In this document: positions 27,087-40,044 of the stretch, piece by piece
Layout of the letters: every line of letters begins with the position of its first letter
Numbering within the stretch: the stretch's first letter is position 1
Source of the DNA: Seison nebaliae
Lineage: Eukaryota
DNA length: 64,000 nucleotides
NCBI GenBank assembly: GCA_023231475.1
Contig: JALJEE010002328.1
Span: 1-64,000, forward strand
Direction of reading: 5' to 3'
The notes under the pieces: generated by a model
What the model saw: the letters and a program-made list of their open reading frames with translations, nothing else
What the model was told of the DNA's origin: nothing
Databases searched by the model: none
Program-made: the position numbers and the translations under genes

Positions 27087-27793
27087 ATGATTCCAATAAC
27101 TGCTATTACTTCGATTCCTAGCACTGTGATTCAGGATGTGAACCATAATGATCGAGAACGCTTTGAAGAACTTAGAGCCTTTGCGAAGTCATTACAAAGC
27201 AACGACGATGATCCTTTAACCACAATGATTAAGATGGACATCAATTTTTATAATTTTTCACTTACTCCAAATTTAGGTTTTTTATTTGATAGTTTGTTGA
27301 GATTTTTTATATTTTTGTAGAAACTCCAATTAACTTGTGGAATGAACTTTATTTTCAAGAATATTTCAGAATAAAAGATAATGAATTTATAACTAATCCA
27401 AAAAGGAGAAAACATTCCATACTTGTAGAATGTGTCGAACAATTCAATACAGAATTCTTCGCCCATATTAACAAAATTCGTCCTATTTTTACAACAGTAT
27501 GCACCAATCATTATAAACATCGACTCGTTTCACTTTTACTCGTAAACTATTTACAACATTTTTTCAACAGAAATATTTTTTGAAAGACAAGAAATTATCT
27601 GTTAATAAGAATGACGTAGAGAAGTTAGACATGCAAATCGAAGTGTTGGAGAAGAAACAAAATGAGTTGATTGGGAAGTGTCAGGAGGTTTGCAATAATT
27701 CTTTTTCTCTTTGTAAACATATGTGTACGTCAGATGGAAAGAAGAATTCGATTGGTTCAAAATTATTTTCAAAATGAGAATTGTTCTAAATAA
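27087..27793 (+). CDS. Uncharacterised protein with C-terminal coiled coil, 4 exons
   Basis: Three GTT..AG introns join the ORFs at 27045, 27335 and 27580 and a final exon MERRIRLVQNYFQNENCSK* in one frame. Confidence 0.6.
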
Positions 27794-27947
27794 TTGAAGC
27801 TTAATTTTCTAAGAAATATTTTCATTTTTAAAACATTTTCTAAAATTTTTGCATTCCAAGGAAAAAGTTTATAATATTCATGTTGCTATGACTAATTCCT
27901 AAGTAGATTGAAGAATAAAGCAGTATCATATTTATTAATCCGTAACT

Positions 27948-30059
27948 ATGGAGGATGAAGGTTCTAAAATTTTTCTTATTTACTATGACATTTCTTTAAT
28001 AATTTATGAAATTATCCAATCTTTTACGTAAAAATTCTTGTTGATATTAAAGAATTCGTTCCACCAAATCAATTAAATTTGCATGAATGTAAGTTTTGTG
28101 GTCGACGATTCGTTTCAGAAACTTTCGTTAGCATTTACTTCATATCATCAATTGTTCAATGAATTTGAGAAACTAGGTGAAACATCAAAAAATTTGTAAT
28201 AAACCTAAATCACGAAGAGTTTTCGATTCAGGCAAACAACGAGCACAAGGTTCAGATGTTCCATATTCAAATACAAAAGTCACAAACTTAATACGCAAAA
28301 ATCCAGAGGATTATAAAGATCCGAAAAGTTTTTTCCAAATCGTTCTAAATGAAGTAGTTATAATTGAATTTTTTTGGTAGTTGAAAAGGCGAAGGAAAGA
28401 AAAAGAAATTGGCGAACTAAACATGAAGAACTTGTAAATAATATAAGAGCAGCACGTGGGGCGCCACCGTTACCTGGAAGTCAATCTCCAAATACTTATG
28501 GAGTTAAACAGGTACCTGCCGGGTATATTAGTTGTGAATATTGTGGTCGTTCATTTAATGAATCAGCCGCCGAACGTCATATTCCATTTTGTCGTGAACA
28601 AAAGATGAAAAACGAGTTGAGAAGAAAGAACGAACAAATGAATTCAAGAAATCGATCCCTAATCAATAGTTCCAAGTCGAAGGTTATCGAAATATTTATT
28701 TGTCATCAAATTTTCAACTATAAAATTTCCTAGAGCTCCTCATATACTAATGCAACAAATAATCATGTTAATTCGAACAATAATAATAGTAATATGTCGC
28801 GTCATATGCCAAAGCAACGACAATATGTTTCAAACAATTCTCGAGGACAACATGATGATGCTGTTGGTAATTATGGAGATGAAGAAAGAAATGTAAAAGG
28901 AAGAAAACCTTCCGTAAGAAAGACGAACGTTAAAAGTACAATGAGCAATAAAGATCGATTAAATGGCGTTAACCGTTTTAACATGGAAGACGAACGTGCC
29001 ATCGATATGGGAAGAAAACCGGTTCAATTCAATAATCAGTCCTCGAAGTTTGTTAATTTTTGACGATATTAACTTAATTTTCGTTCAATCGAAACGATGT
29101 TTATTGGAAATTAAGGTATGATAATAATTCTAGTTTACCAATTTTAATGAGAAGGAAAAATAAAGTTATTCCTATTAAGAAGAAATGGGCAGAACCTGTC
29201 ACTAAACCAAAAACGAAAGCTCCACCAAAAACTGTTCGATTAGTAGACAAATCTCCATTAGATGTCGCTAGGAAAACTATATATCGAACGTTTAATAGTA
29301 AAACATCAATTTCACCCATCATAAAGGGACCGAATAACACTAATAGTAACGAATTAAGTTTATTAGACTATCCAAATGATAATTGTGAATCGATGAAGAA
29401 AAATTTCGATAAGATCGTTAAAGAAACTAGATTTTTAAATGATAGTTTAACAATTAACGATTCGTTCAAATGCTACACCAGTTTTGATAAAAGTTCTGAC
29501 TATGATAAAAATGATGGAACTTTATCAATATCTGACATGGATGAAATATTGACTGATACGAATAATGAGTATTAATTTTCTTCATAGCTTTTTATTATTA
29601 ATAAGTTTTTGTTCTTTATATTCTTCCTTATAATCTCATTTCTTATTAATATTAGTTTTTTAATTTAATTTTATCGAAATTTAAATAATTAATTAATCTT
29701 TCAACACTCTTTGCTTTTTAGTCATTATCTTTCATCAAATGGAGGACACGGCTCACCTAAAAGAGTGACGCCCAACCGAAATTCAACAACTAGAATGTTA
29801 TTATCCTCATTATTATTTTCACATAATCTTTTCTTTTAGAAAAAAATCGCCATCTACTCAATATGACAAGATGACGAAAGCTCCAACTGCGCAAGAAATG
29901 ATGATGAGAGCTCAACATCAAAAACAGAAACAAACAGAAGCGAATATTGTGGCAAATGAACAACGACTGAGTGCTCGATTCTGTTCAGATTGTGGTGGTC
30001 GTTTTCCTAGTGAAGTAGCTAAGTTTTGTATGATGTGTGGTAAACGTCGAAATACTTAA
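27948..30059 (+). CDS. ZC2HC1A: Zinc finger C2HC domain-containing protein 1A-like
   Basis: CKFCGRRF..KHQKIC, RRVFDSGKQRAQG, NWRTKHEELVNNIRAAR, CEYCGRSFNESAAERHIPFC and the C-terminal FCSDCG..AKFCMMCGKRR. Introns start at 27961, 28127, 28328, 28683, 29049, (29569) and 29797. Confidence 0.85.
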
Positions 30060-30149
30060 GGAGGAAAGAAAATTTATAATTTCAAAAAAAATTTCGAAAA
30101 TATTCTCTAAAAATATTAAATGAAATTTCTGATCATCAAATTGTTCCAT

Positions 30150-30860
30150 CTACAACATTTTAGGCATTTGTTTTTGTTTCTCAGCCAATTTCCCAACTTT
30201 CTGTTTGACGTATTCCTCCCTTGTCGGTAATCCATAAATATCTTGATCTTAATTTAAATTCAATATTCAAAATTAATCGTAAATAAAAAATAAAACCTGG
30301 ATGTTTTCTTTCCCACAACATTCGATGTTTTTGTTTGAAATATGCATTTATTGCGTTGTCTTGAATTCCCAAATCGCCAACTAAAAAAATTATGTATTTT
30401 TTATTGTTTTTTCCATCATAAAATTGTAACATTGAACATTATATCCTGTTATTGCAGCCCGTAAGTCATATTCAAGATGGTAGCATGGCTCCATATCAAC
30501 TATACCACCGCGTTCAAAAGCACATTGTTCATATCTTTGAGTAAGAATTTTGATAATTTGTGCTGCAACTTTTCTATAGAAGAAATATGAAAATTAATAT
30601 TTAAACAAAATAAAACTTATCTCGCTTAAATTGAATGTTTGCTTCATACACACAAACATCATCATCCTTATGACATTCATCTACTGTTCTCACTCTGTTA
30701 AATCGACGATGATAATATGGATAATCTTGTCGATTAGCTTCAATTATAGTTCCTTCAGAAAGAAAATCATACATAGTGATGGAATAATTAAAATTTAACT
30801 TCGAAACCAATCAATTGGTTTATCTATGACTACCGTCTTCATTCCGTCAACGAACTCCAT
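30150..30860 (-). CDS. NDUFB10: NADH dehydrogenase 1 beta subcomplex subunit 10 (PDSW)
   Basis: Five exons: DKPIDWFR..YPYYHRRFNRVRTVDECHKDDDVCVYEANIQFKRDKKV...QRYEQC...FGDLG...AYFKQKHRMLWERKHPDQDIYG...KML*. Confidence 0.9.
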
Positions 30861-31059
30861 AATAAATAATCTGAAGGAAATATTAAGTCAAAAGAAAAAT
30901 CAGCGAACAGTGCCACAAATTTGATTTAAAGCATTTTTTGAAAAGCAAACGAAAATTGCAAAATATACATTTTTCTTTATAATATTTTTCTTCATTCGAT
31001 TTTTTTAATTACTAATCGACATCCAATTATGGAACAATAAATATAGTATTATATAATTG

Positions 31060-31459
31060 TAAGGTGACTATGGTAGCATTGAATCGGCTCGAATTGGCTT
31101 TAATCGAACAGCGGTCAAGAAATCCTGACCTAAATCCCATGGAAAATGTATGGACAATAATTACCATGCGATTAGAAGAAAAAATGTAGCATTTGAAAAA
31201 GAAGGCCTTTGGACGGCTATTCAATCAGTTGGAGAGAACATCGAACCGCGCATTCTAAAAAATTGTACAATAAGCATGAATAAGCGATTATTAGAAGTCC
31301 TCAAATGTAAAGGAAGTTGGACAAAATATTAAGAGTAGAATTTTAACCATTTTTTTTTAAATAAACGGATAATTTATAAAATGTTCGAGAATTTCTTTAA
31401 CAACTATTTTTGAAAACTATGGGAATTGTTATGTTCGAGATATTTCTTTACGCACTGTA
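31060..31459 (+). mobile_element. Tc1/mariner transposon 3' remnant
   Basis: NPDLNPMENVW motif, then a frameshifted C-terminus ...SMNKRLLEVLKCKGSWTKY*. The end reads CACTG-TA at 31453-31459, with inner direct repeats atgttcgaga at 31381 and 31431. Confidence 0.85.
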
Positions 31460-31478
31460 GTCTGAATGGTAAAGGGAC

Positions 31479-31772
31479 ATGTTCGTCAAGTATGATCATT
31501 TTTGTCCAATAGAACTTGCAAGTTGCAAGTTGCAACCAACCAAATTTCTAATCCATTCGCAACATATGTGTTCGATCTTGATCTGCAATGTTCTATTTAT
31601 CAATTTTTACGGCGTCTGTTTTAATAAAATGAGCATTGTGATGATGTTAGAAGAACTTCTCACTCATGAATGTAATGGTAAAACTTTTATAATTGATGGA
31701 GATTTCAACCTCTCTCTTAATGTTAATCAGTGGAAAGAATCTTCTACGCAGATTCGATTGTTATTTTGTTGA
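31479..31772 (+). mobile_element. Degenerate LINE endonuclease fragment
   Basis: ICNVLFINFYG...GKTFIIDGDFN resembles APE motifs and the CVNIYG...IIFG segment of the element at 1-430. Confidence 0.55.
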
Positions 31773-32074
31773 CTTAGAACTTAATATATATATAATATAT
31801 AATATTAATATATAGTAAAAATACTCTTACTTTTCGGTCACTTAATGGTGTTTCATAGATTGACCATTTTTTAATATCGAATAATCTATGTAAGAATGTC
31901 TGTGAATGTTTCAACTCCGATAAATTTGAGTTAGCCGATTACTTCGCTATCAAACTGACGATTGCTTGCTGTCTAATAATCCGCATTAGACGGTTTTAGA
32001 AAGTTCTAGAATTTTCAGACGTCATCAGACCCCGTACTTATTTATTTTCCATGTCTTAAAGAGCTGGTTATATT

Positions 32075-32148
32075 GGGACGTGCTACCGCAGTGGTCTATG
32101 CACGTTCCATACGTCATAACGATGGGACACATGTCTCACGCAACGTAG
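32075..32148 (-). repeat. ~75-bp dispersed repeat, copy 2 (inverted relative to 4017-4092)
   Basis: Reverse complement reads ctacgttgcgtgagacatgtgtcccatcgttatgacgtatggaacgtgcatagaccact. Confidence 0.75.
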
Positions 32149-32568
32149 TTCAATTTATTCGGACAACATTCAATAAAAGAAAATTAGATTTGTCCAAAAA
32201 ATAAATTAGACAATACAACCGCTAAAGTGTCCAATTACTTTAATTTTTATGTGTATAGAGTCTATACTATAAACGTCTGTAACTCACATATTCCTAAAAG
32301 AAAATACATATATTAAGGTAGCACCGAAAAGTGTTAAAGAAGATACTCATCAGCATTATTTTCATTATTAAAAGATGATTGCAGAAAGATGACATTCGAG
32401 TTTAACTGCAAAATAGACTGAATACATTATGGAAAGTGACTGTATTACATTTTTAATTATATTTTAAATTGTGTGAGAAATTAAAATTGTTGGCTGTTTA
32501 AATTTTAGTAGAAGCGCTAATATTATTTTCGAACTATTAAAAAAATATTTATTTTCGTTCAAGGAAAG

Positions 32569-34048
32569 ATGTTGAAGAATTTCAGAGTTATTAGATTTTA
32601 TTTAAATGTTCTTTTTAACTTTTATTTTACTAAATTTATTAGAGGTCGTTCTCGACAGCGTTGAAAACGAAGGAATCGATTGGAAGTGTCAAAGTGAGTT
32701 TCTTTTTTTCTTATTTATAATAATGTTAATTTTTTAATGGTAAAAGTTTGGAAGACATGCTTCTGGAATGAGGTATGCTGTTGACAACAGAAATGAAAAT
32801 CCTACATTATCGAGAGTGATGATAAATGTAGAGGGTGGATGTCGTTATGAGACATCGGACAACAAAGGATTATCTCATATTATCCGTGCGTTTTCATCAT
32901 TGTCATCCTCATATTTTTCTTCACTGGGAATAATTCGAAGTTTGGAGTATTTGGGAGCTAATATGAATGTGATGAATACGAAGGAGAATATACAATACCT
33001 TCTTGAAGTTTTACCCGGAGACAATTGTATGAATGCGTTGAAATATTTCGGTCATTCCGCATTCACTCCGGTGTACAAGCCATGGGAGATTGAAGATAAT
33101 CGGTCACGTTTAGTCATGGAGAAGAAGGAGATTGAGCAAAATAAATTATTCCTATCAATGGAGGCAGCACATAATGTGGCGTTTAATGGAAAAACTCTTG
33201 GACGTTCACTTTATATCGATGAAGACAGGGCAGATGTTGTCAATACGGAAATGTTATTGAATTATCATGCGAGCATGTTTGCTCCGGAAAGAATATCCAT
33301 CATTTTTCAAGGAATTGACGAATCGGCCGCTGAGATAATGATGAACGAACTCGGTCTCATTAAACAATCCGCCAATTATAATCAGAATTTCACTTTGCCG
33401 ATGGAAATTAAGCCAGCGAAGATTTGTCAAGCTAATCCCGAGTTTCATGGTGGTGTAATGAAAAAAGAATCACTCTCTCCTTTAAGTTATATAACGATTG
33501 CTGGACCGGGAACAGCTAGAGGGGCAGGAGATGCATCAGCTTTTTCAGTTCTCCAACAATTATTAGGTACCGGTCCAGTCATCAAATATGGTGATTGTAC
33601 TGGAATGATAGGTCGTTCAATGAGATCAATGAAATCATCAGATATGGTCCAATCATCAGCATTCAATCTTAATTATAAAGATTGTGGCTTATTCGGTATA
33701 TCGTTAATTAGTGACAGATGTGATGCAAAAGAATCGATCATCAATGTCATGAGTCAATTGAAGACATTGGCATTGAAGAAACCGGAACAACAACAATTAG
33801 ATGTAGCAAAGAAACAAGCAAAAATTCAATATGAAATGAAATGCGAATTATCTCAATGTCAAATGGAATCATTAGCATTAGATTGTGTGGAGAATAAAGG
33901 CGAATGTTTGACACCTCCAAATTACGATAATGTTACTTCCGAACAAATATCGATAGCTGCAAAGAAAATGTTAAATGGTGGACAAGTAGCAATTGGCGTT
34001 GCGGGGAATGTAGATAACATTCCATCACTTAAACAACTAATGAACTGA
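32569..34048 (+). CDS. UQCRC2: Cytochrome b-c1 complex core protein 2 (peptidase M16 family)
   Basis: Two short 5' exons give a mitochondrial-presequence-like MLKNFRRSFSTALK. Motifs: GGCRYET...GLSHIIR (no HxxEH), PVYKPWEI, VLQQLLGTGPVIKYG, SAFNLNYKDCGLFG. Confidence 0.88.
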
Positions 34049-34237
34049 CAAAGAAAGCAGTAAACATCAATTAATAATTCAATTACAAAAACAATATTTT
34101 CTTCTCGACAAAATTTATTTGCTCGATTTCTCTCCTTTTTAATTCTTTGAAAAAAAAAGAGTATTTAAAAAGATTCTATCTTCTTCTTTTCTATTTGGAA
34201 ACGACCAGATTCTCCTCGCATTTTCTTCTGACGTAAT

Positions 34238-35128
34238 ATGAAATTCTTTTATGAAATTTTGTCACAACCATGTCGCTCCATAATGTTAATGTTAATGAAA
34301 GGTAAGGTTCAATTTGAAGGTATTCCAATCCGTTTAGGGAAAAGTTATCATTTAAAAATATTTTTTTCCATTCATTTTATCGGCTTCCATTAGGAGAGCA
34401 TTTAACCGATTCTTTTAAGAGAATTAATCCATTGCAAAGAGTTCCAGTTCTGGAGTTCGAAAATGAGACAGGAAAAAGAGAAACTCTAATAGAAAGGTTT
34501 TCTTTTTATCACTGTAATTTCTTTCAACTATTCTCAATATCATATTAGTTGTGTAATAGGACATTATTTAGGTAAGAATTATGTTAACGATTGGTATCCA
34601 ATTGAAAATAAGGAAAAACAACGACAAATAGATTCAATTCTCCACTGGCAACATTTAAATATTCGATTAGGAGGATCATATATTTTCCGATCAGTAGTTG
34701 GTCTTTTTATTTTCCTTTAATATTCTTCATACGATTTTTCCTCATTCCAACATCATTCTCACTAAAATTTTTATTTTGTTTCTTCCTTCTGTAAGGCAAT
34801 GGGAGGTAAAAATGAATCTCTTAATAAGCAGAATGTTCAACTAGGAAAAATAGTTCTCCATCGTGCTTTCGATGACATGAAAAATTATTTCTTGAAGAAC
34901 AATTTATATATGTTAAATGATAAATTTACTATTGGTGATTTGTTTGTAATGATGGAATTAGAGCAACCATTATCCGTTGGTTACGAGTTGACTGATAAGA
35001 AAATTAGTGAATGGTATGAACGATGCAAAGGAAATATTGACGAGAAGGATTACGAAGATGTTCTAGTTTTTAAAGGGAAGTTATTGAATAAATTCCGCGA
35101 TCGATATTTACAATTGGAAAGAAAATGA
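34238..35128 (+). CDS. Glutathione S-transferase, theta class, 4 exons
   Basis: LSQPCRSI...EHLTDSFKRINPLQRVPVL...IESCVIGHYL...WYP...DSILHWQHLNIR...TIGDL..MELEQP. Confidence 0.88.
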
Positions 35129-36305
35129 TTATTTACTTTATGCGTTTTGCCTGAAAGAAACTTTCATCAATTTCTTATTTTGACAACTAATGTTTAGTGA
35201 GGAACGCGAAAACAATGTATCAGAAGGAAAAATAAAAATAGAATGAGCGAATTTTATTCATCAAAATAATTTTATTTATTCAATCTTCTTAATAAATTTC
35301 TTTTTTGCATAATGACCTCATTAGATAACGAAGGAAACATCATGTTTAAACATCATTCTTCGTCAAAAAAAATACTTATTAAATCTAATATTCAGGTTGG
35401 CTGAATAAGACACATGACATTCAATAATATTCGTCACTCAGTCGGATAAGTATTAAAATCTGCACTTCCAAAAAATCATTCGTTGACTTATTTTATCTTA
35501 TTGATCGAGTAAATTATGTCTGAACATTTTCGACAACTATATTTCCACCATTAAGATAATTATGATTATGTCATTGATCGAACTCGTCCTACTCGTCAAA
35601 AAACCGAATGATTGGCGAACACCCATCAATTGGTGTATTTAGATGTATGTAATTAAAACCCATTCTATTCCATTCTGCAGATGTGCTTCTTTTAATTCTG
35701 GTTAACATTCTCGAATTTAAAATGATTCTTCTTTCGTCATTTATTTTCTAAACATTTTCAATTATCAACTAATGAAATAAATTTATTCATAATTCTGAAT
35801 TTCATTCCATCCCATATTCTTTTCTTCATTTTATTCTCTTTATCTTTGAAATTTCCCTTAGAAAGAAATTCCTTTTATCTGTTAATGACATATTCATTTC
35901 ACTTAAAAACCCATAATGTCTAAATCTTTCCAAGATGAACTAACGATAAGCTACTCTTATTATAATTATTTCTCTTATTAGCTATTACGTGAATAATCCT
36001 CCCTTTCTCATTCTCATCTCATTCTTTTAATCTAAAAAATTTCCTTTTAAACTATCGAATTTTCGTTAAAATTTCGAGTGATCACTTTTTATACTTCTCT
36101 GTACGAAAATATTACTGTTTAATCCCAGACATATAATCTATTGAATAATTCCACTAAAATGTTCATTATTCTCAAGATTAGTTATATCCTATTTTTGACG
36201 TACTTTTTAAAATAAAATTAACTACTACTATTTATAATATGATGAAATAATTTTCTTTTTGTTAGAAAAAATTTTCGTAAATTTTTCCAAATTTTCATTT
36301 TGAAT

Positions 36306-36689
36306 ATGTGGAGACAATGTCCAGTTTATATTTTGTTCAGCTTAATCATTCTGCTAATATGTGAACACAAATGTTATGTTGTGGAAAGAAAACTCAAAAA
36401 GATTCCGATTGGCGTTTTCCAAATGACGAATTCGATCTGCGGCGATTGTGAAAAACTGTATGAGAATAATCGATTTTCCGATTGCATCAATAATGCTGAA
36501 TGTGTAAAAGTTAATTTCAATCAGATCTTTCTCTTTGATTTTAATTCTTTTAATTTTTAGAGTTACAAAATATGTCTCAATACTTGTCCAAGAGATTCGA
36601 TGGCATTCTTTAACTTTACGAACGATGTATTTCGAATGATCGAACAATATATGGAAGCTGGCTATGATTTTCAGTTAGAAGAGAAATAA
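36306..36689 (+). CDS. Small secreted cysteine-rich orphan protein (~110 aa)
   Basis: Signal-like MWRQCPVYILFSLIILLIC and an intron at 36510-36560. The core has six Cys: CGDCEKLYENNRFSDCINNAECVK|SYKICLNTC. Confidence 0.65.
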
Positions 36690-36822
36690 TTCATTGGATA
36701 TTGACAAGATATTGTTTTTATCGAATTTCTTTATTATTCATTTTATATCTATTAATTGATTCTAGCTGCTATCGATTCGATTATAGTCATTTGCATCTTC
36801 TCAGAAATAAATTTTGTTTCTA

Positions 36823-39567
36823 TCAAACTAAATGATAATGTTGAAATGTTCCATGAGGTATAAGCACTTTCTCAAATGTTTGAATATGTCCATCACCTGG
36901 AACTTTTCCCAATTCACACATTGATCTTGTCCTGTCATAAGAGAAACTATTACATTGCTAAAATTAAAAGAATTGAATAACTAGAGGAAACAATAAAATC
37001 TAACTGGAATTGTACAACTCGAATGACATTCCCCAAATTTTCCAATGAATCTATTAGACACAAATTGTTGTTGAAGACATGAACGATCAAATCGTTGCCA
37101 CTTGACATTCTCGTACGAATTCGTCGGAGTTTCTTTCTTCTCATAAGCATAGAATAGAATATCGGTTGAAGCATTCTCCATTAAGTTTAATGAGATTCCA
37201 TTAAAAATTTCGAATGAATGATTCTTCATGTTATAAGTAAATCCTGTACAATTCTTTCAAATATTTATAAAGATTTTTTAATCTAAGTTTTATATACTAA
37301 AACCAACTGGATAGTTGTCTTTACATAATTCCTTTACTTTTCCAAAAGGTAAATTTGTTCCATTATCCACATGATTTCGTTGAACCGGTATTCGACCATG
37401 TAATATTTTGAATGATAATTTCTTATTTACTTTTTGTCGTTTCAACTCAATTTGTTCGGATTTGAAATTATGGTATATCGTTTGTGGTATTTGTTGGAGT
37501 GATTCCATCATTTTATTTATATTTCCTTTAATTCCAATTAATTCCATCTGCGTGAAACAAAATTGAATGTGGATGAAGATATACTAATAGTTAAAACTTT
37601 TAATTCAGAACTATCAATCGTTTTTGAATTTTCTTTTCGGATTATCTTTTTTGTTTTCTTTAAAAGATTCTCTTCAAATTCTTCAATTTCTCGTTTGATA
37701 AAATTATCTTCTTTCTCCGTCAACTTTTCAATAAATCTTTCTTCCATTAATGCTAATCTCCTCTCGAATTTCGAACTGAATCTTTCCATTATTAATTGAA
37801 TTCGCGTCGTTATCTGTTTCATATCAATATTATATTGTTTCACATGATACGTTCCATTAATATGCTTACCTCCAAGATGATCCTTTGAATATCTTTCCAA
37901 TACATGCAATTCATTTGAAACAACTTTTTTTTCTTTCGAATTTTCAATTTCGTTCATATATTTACGTAAAACTTTTGTTAATTTTACAATTTGTTCATTT
38001 GTTTTACTAATTTCTTCCTGTTGCGATTTTAGTGCTTGATGTTCGACTTCTTCAATCTCTTCCGTTACTTCATACTTTTCATTCTCCGATTTCTCCTTTT
38101 CTTCCTTAAATAAAGCACGAAGGAATTTGTTTTGTTCAATTAGTTCATCATTAGAAATCAACAATTTTCTTGATGATAAGTCTGACGATCCTTCTTCAAT
38201 TAATCCATAAATATTAAACAAGAAAAATTTCAAACTTGAAAATATTCGATCAAAAAATGAAACATTCACTCCCGATTTCGGTAACAATCTACCTTCAATT
38301 GAATTCATGCTAGATAAAGAACATATGGATGTGTTAAAATTATATCCAATTCCGTGGCACTAGAAGTAAGTTAAAATTTGTTTATGAATAAATTAAGAAC
38401 TTCCTTTTCAATTAAGCACAATTGCTTACATTCATGCACATTTGTTTTTTTCTTTTGAAAAATTTTATTTGATGGTGCCTCAAATCTATGATATTCTCTC
38501 CAACGCCGATGATCTGTACAATCCATTTAATGGAATAAATAAAGTTTTAAATCAAATCAGTAAAAAACGTTTATGTGGTTCTGATGAAAATTCAGAATAA
38601 ATATCAGACAATGATCCCTTTTTCAATTTAATGAATTGACCACTTGTTGGAAGTAAATGACATGAATTAATTCTTTCATTATGATATGTTGATAAACACT
38701 AAAATTATATAAATGTATGATAGTTTCAAAATTTTCAGATCGAATTAAATGCAAATTATTTAAAATATTTAAACAAAAATGTTATTCGTTTGATGTTGAA
38801 CTAACGCTAGGGAAATTATTGCAAAAGGATTGGCATTGATAAGGAGATTGAACATTGGAGATGGAGTGTAATGGTTGTAAGGATGTCGGTTGAATTCTTC
38901 TAAATGTATTCCATTTATATTCACCATTTCCTTTCTGCGAAAATATGTTATTTCATTTTCGTGTATTTACAATTATTTTAGATAAACTTTAATAAAATCT
39001 ACAATTCCTTCGTTTCCATTGAAATTATCCTTTGTTTCATGTCCGTAACTTGATCTTTTTACTTTATAAAATAATTTATTAGTATATTGATTATTATTGT
39101 TAGATAAAGTGGAATAACGAAATGAATAAAAAACGCTTTTCTTCTCACGGATCAATTGCGTTTCCAAATCATCTTCTGTTGAGGCAAAAGTACAGGTTTT
39201 TTGACCAAATTTTCTAGAAAATCCAACGCACTGCTCAAAGGAAACATTCAGTTATCGTGAAAAATTTTATACCAAAATCAAACTTCTGACATTAAACGAC
39301 ATTCGACATAACAATCATTCAAATCTGTTGTATTGAGTTCATTCATATAATTGATTTGATGAAAAGATACATTGTAGAATGCTTTCCAATCTTTTCATGG
39401 AAAAGAAACAAATGTGATTTTTATTTAGAAGAGTATTAACTATTTTCGTTTGCTGTTGGAAGACATTTACCACCGAACACGATAGAAAAATAAATAAACA
39501 GGACAAAAATTAGCTAGAAAAATTATATGAAAATAGTTTGAAAAAATAATTTTAGAATAACTCCCAT
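36823..39567 (-). CDS. Secreted protein: signal peptide, 3 PAN/Apple-like modules, long coiled coil, 2 PAN/Apple-like modules (at least 11 exons)
   Basis: Ten GTT..AG introns restore one frame from ATG GGA|LIFVLFIYFSIVFGG to ...HYHLV*. Repeated C-x3-C-x4-6-C-x-[GS]F/Y...C modules flank the coiled-coil ORF 38308-37538. Confidence 0.75.
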
Positions 39568-39613
39568 TTTTTCCGATTGAATAATAATAGTATAAGTTCA
39601 AATAATATTAAGC

Positions 39614-40040
39614 GAGTCCTTTTTCCCTTCTTAAACTCAAAATATGTCTTATAATAAGTTTAATTCTTGATATTTAAACCTCTTGAATTCAAATGTGTTA
39701 ACACCTTCTGTTTTAAAGTAGCGCTATTTCAGGAAAAATTAAACGAATCTTCAATTTATGGAAAGAATAATTATGGAAAATATAGAATAATCATAAAAAG
39801 ACACTAGAATGCTTAGCATAAATTTGTGCAATTTCAGAAGAAATGTTATTCAATTGGAATCGAGATTTCTTAAAAGTAAAATTATATTCATAAAATTAAC
39901 AAATTATGATATTTAACAAATTGTAAGTTTATTATGGTTTCAACTTACAATGAGATTAAAATTAGATGTCAGAGATTTTATGGTTTATATGATAAAATAA
40001 AATTGTGAATGTTATATAAAAGAATTTCTTTTCACATAAA
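39614..40040 (+). repeat. ~400-bp direct repeat, copy 1 (copy 2 at 41142-41530)
   Basis: Both copies share the blocks gagtccttttt..tcttataataagtttaattctt..tcttgaattc..gttttaaagta ... gttatataaaa..ttcacataaa. Confidence 0.8.
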
Positions 40041-40044
40041 CGGA

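Noticed and set aside
37290..38308. Stand-alone SUN-domain or type II membrane coiled-coil gene
   Set aside because: No SUN motifs; the ORF splices in frame to upstream and downstream PAN-module exons.
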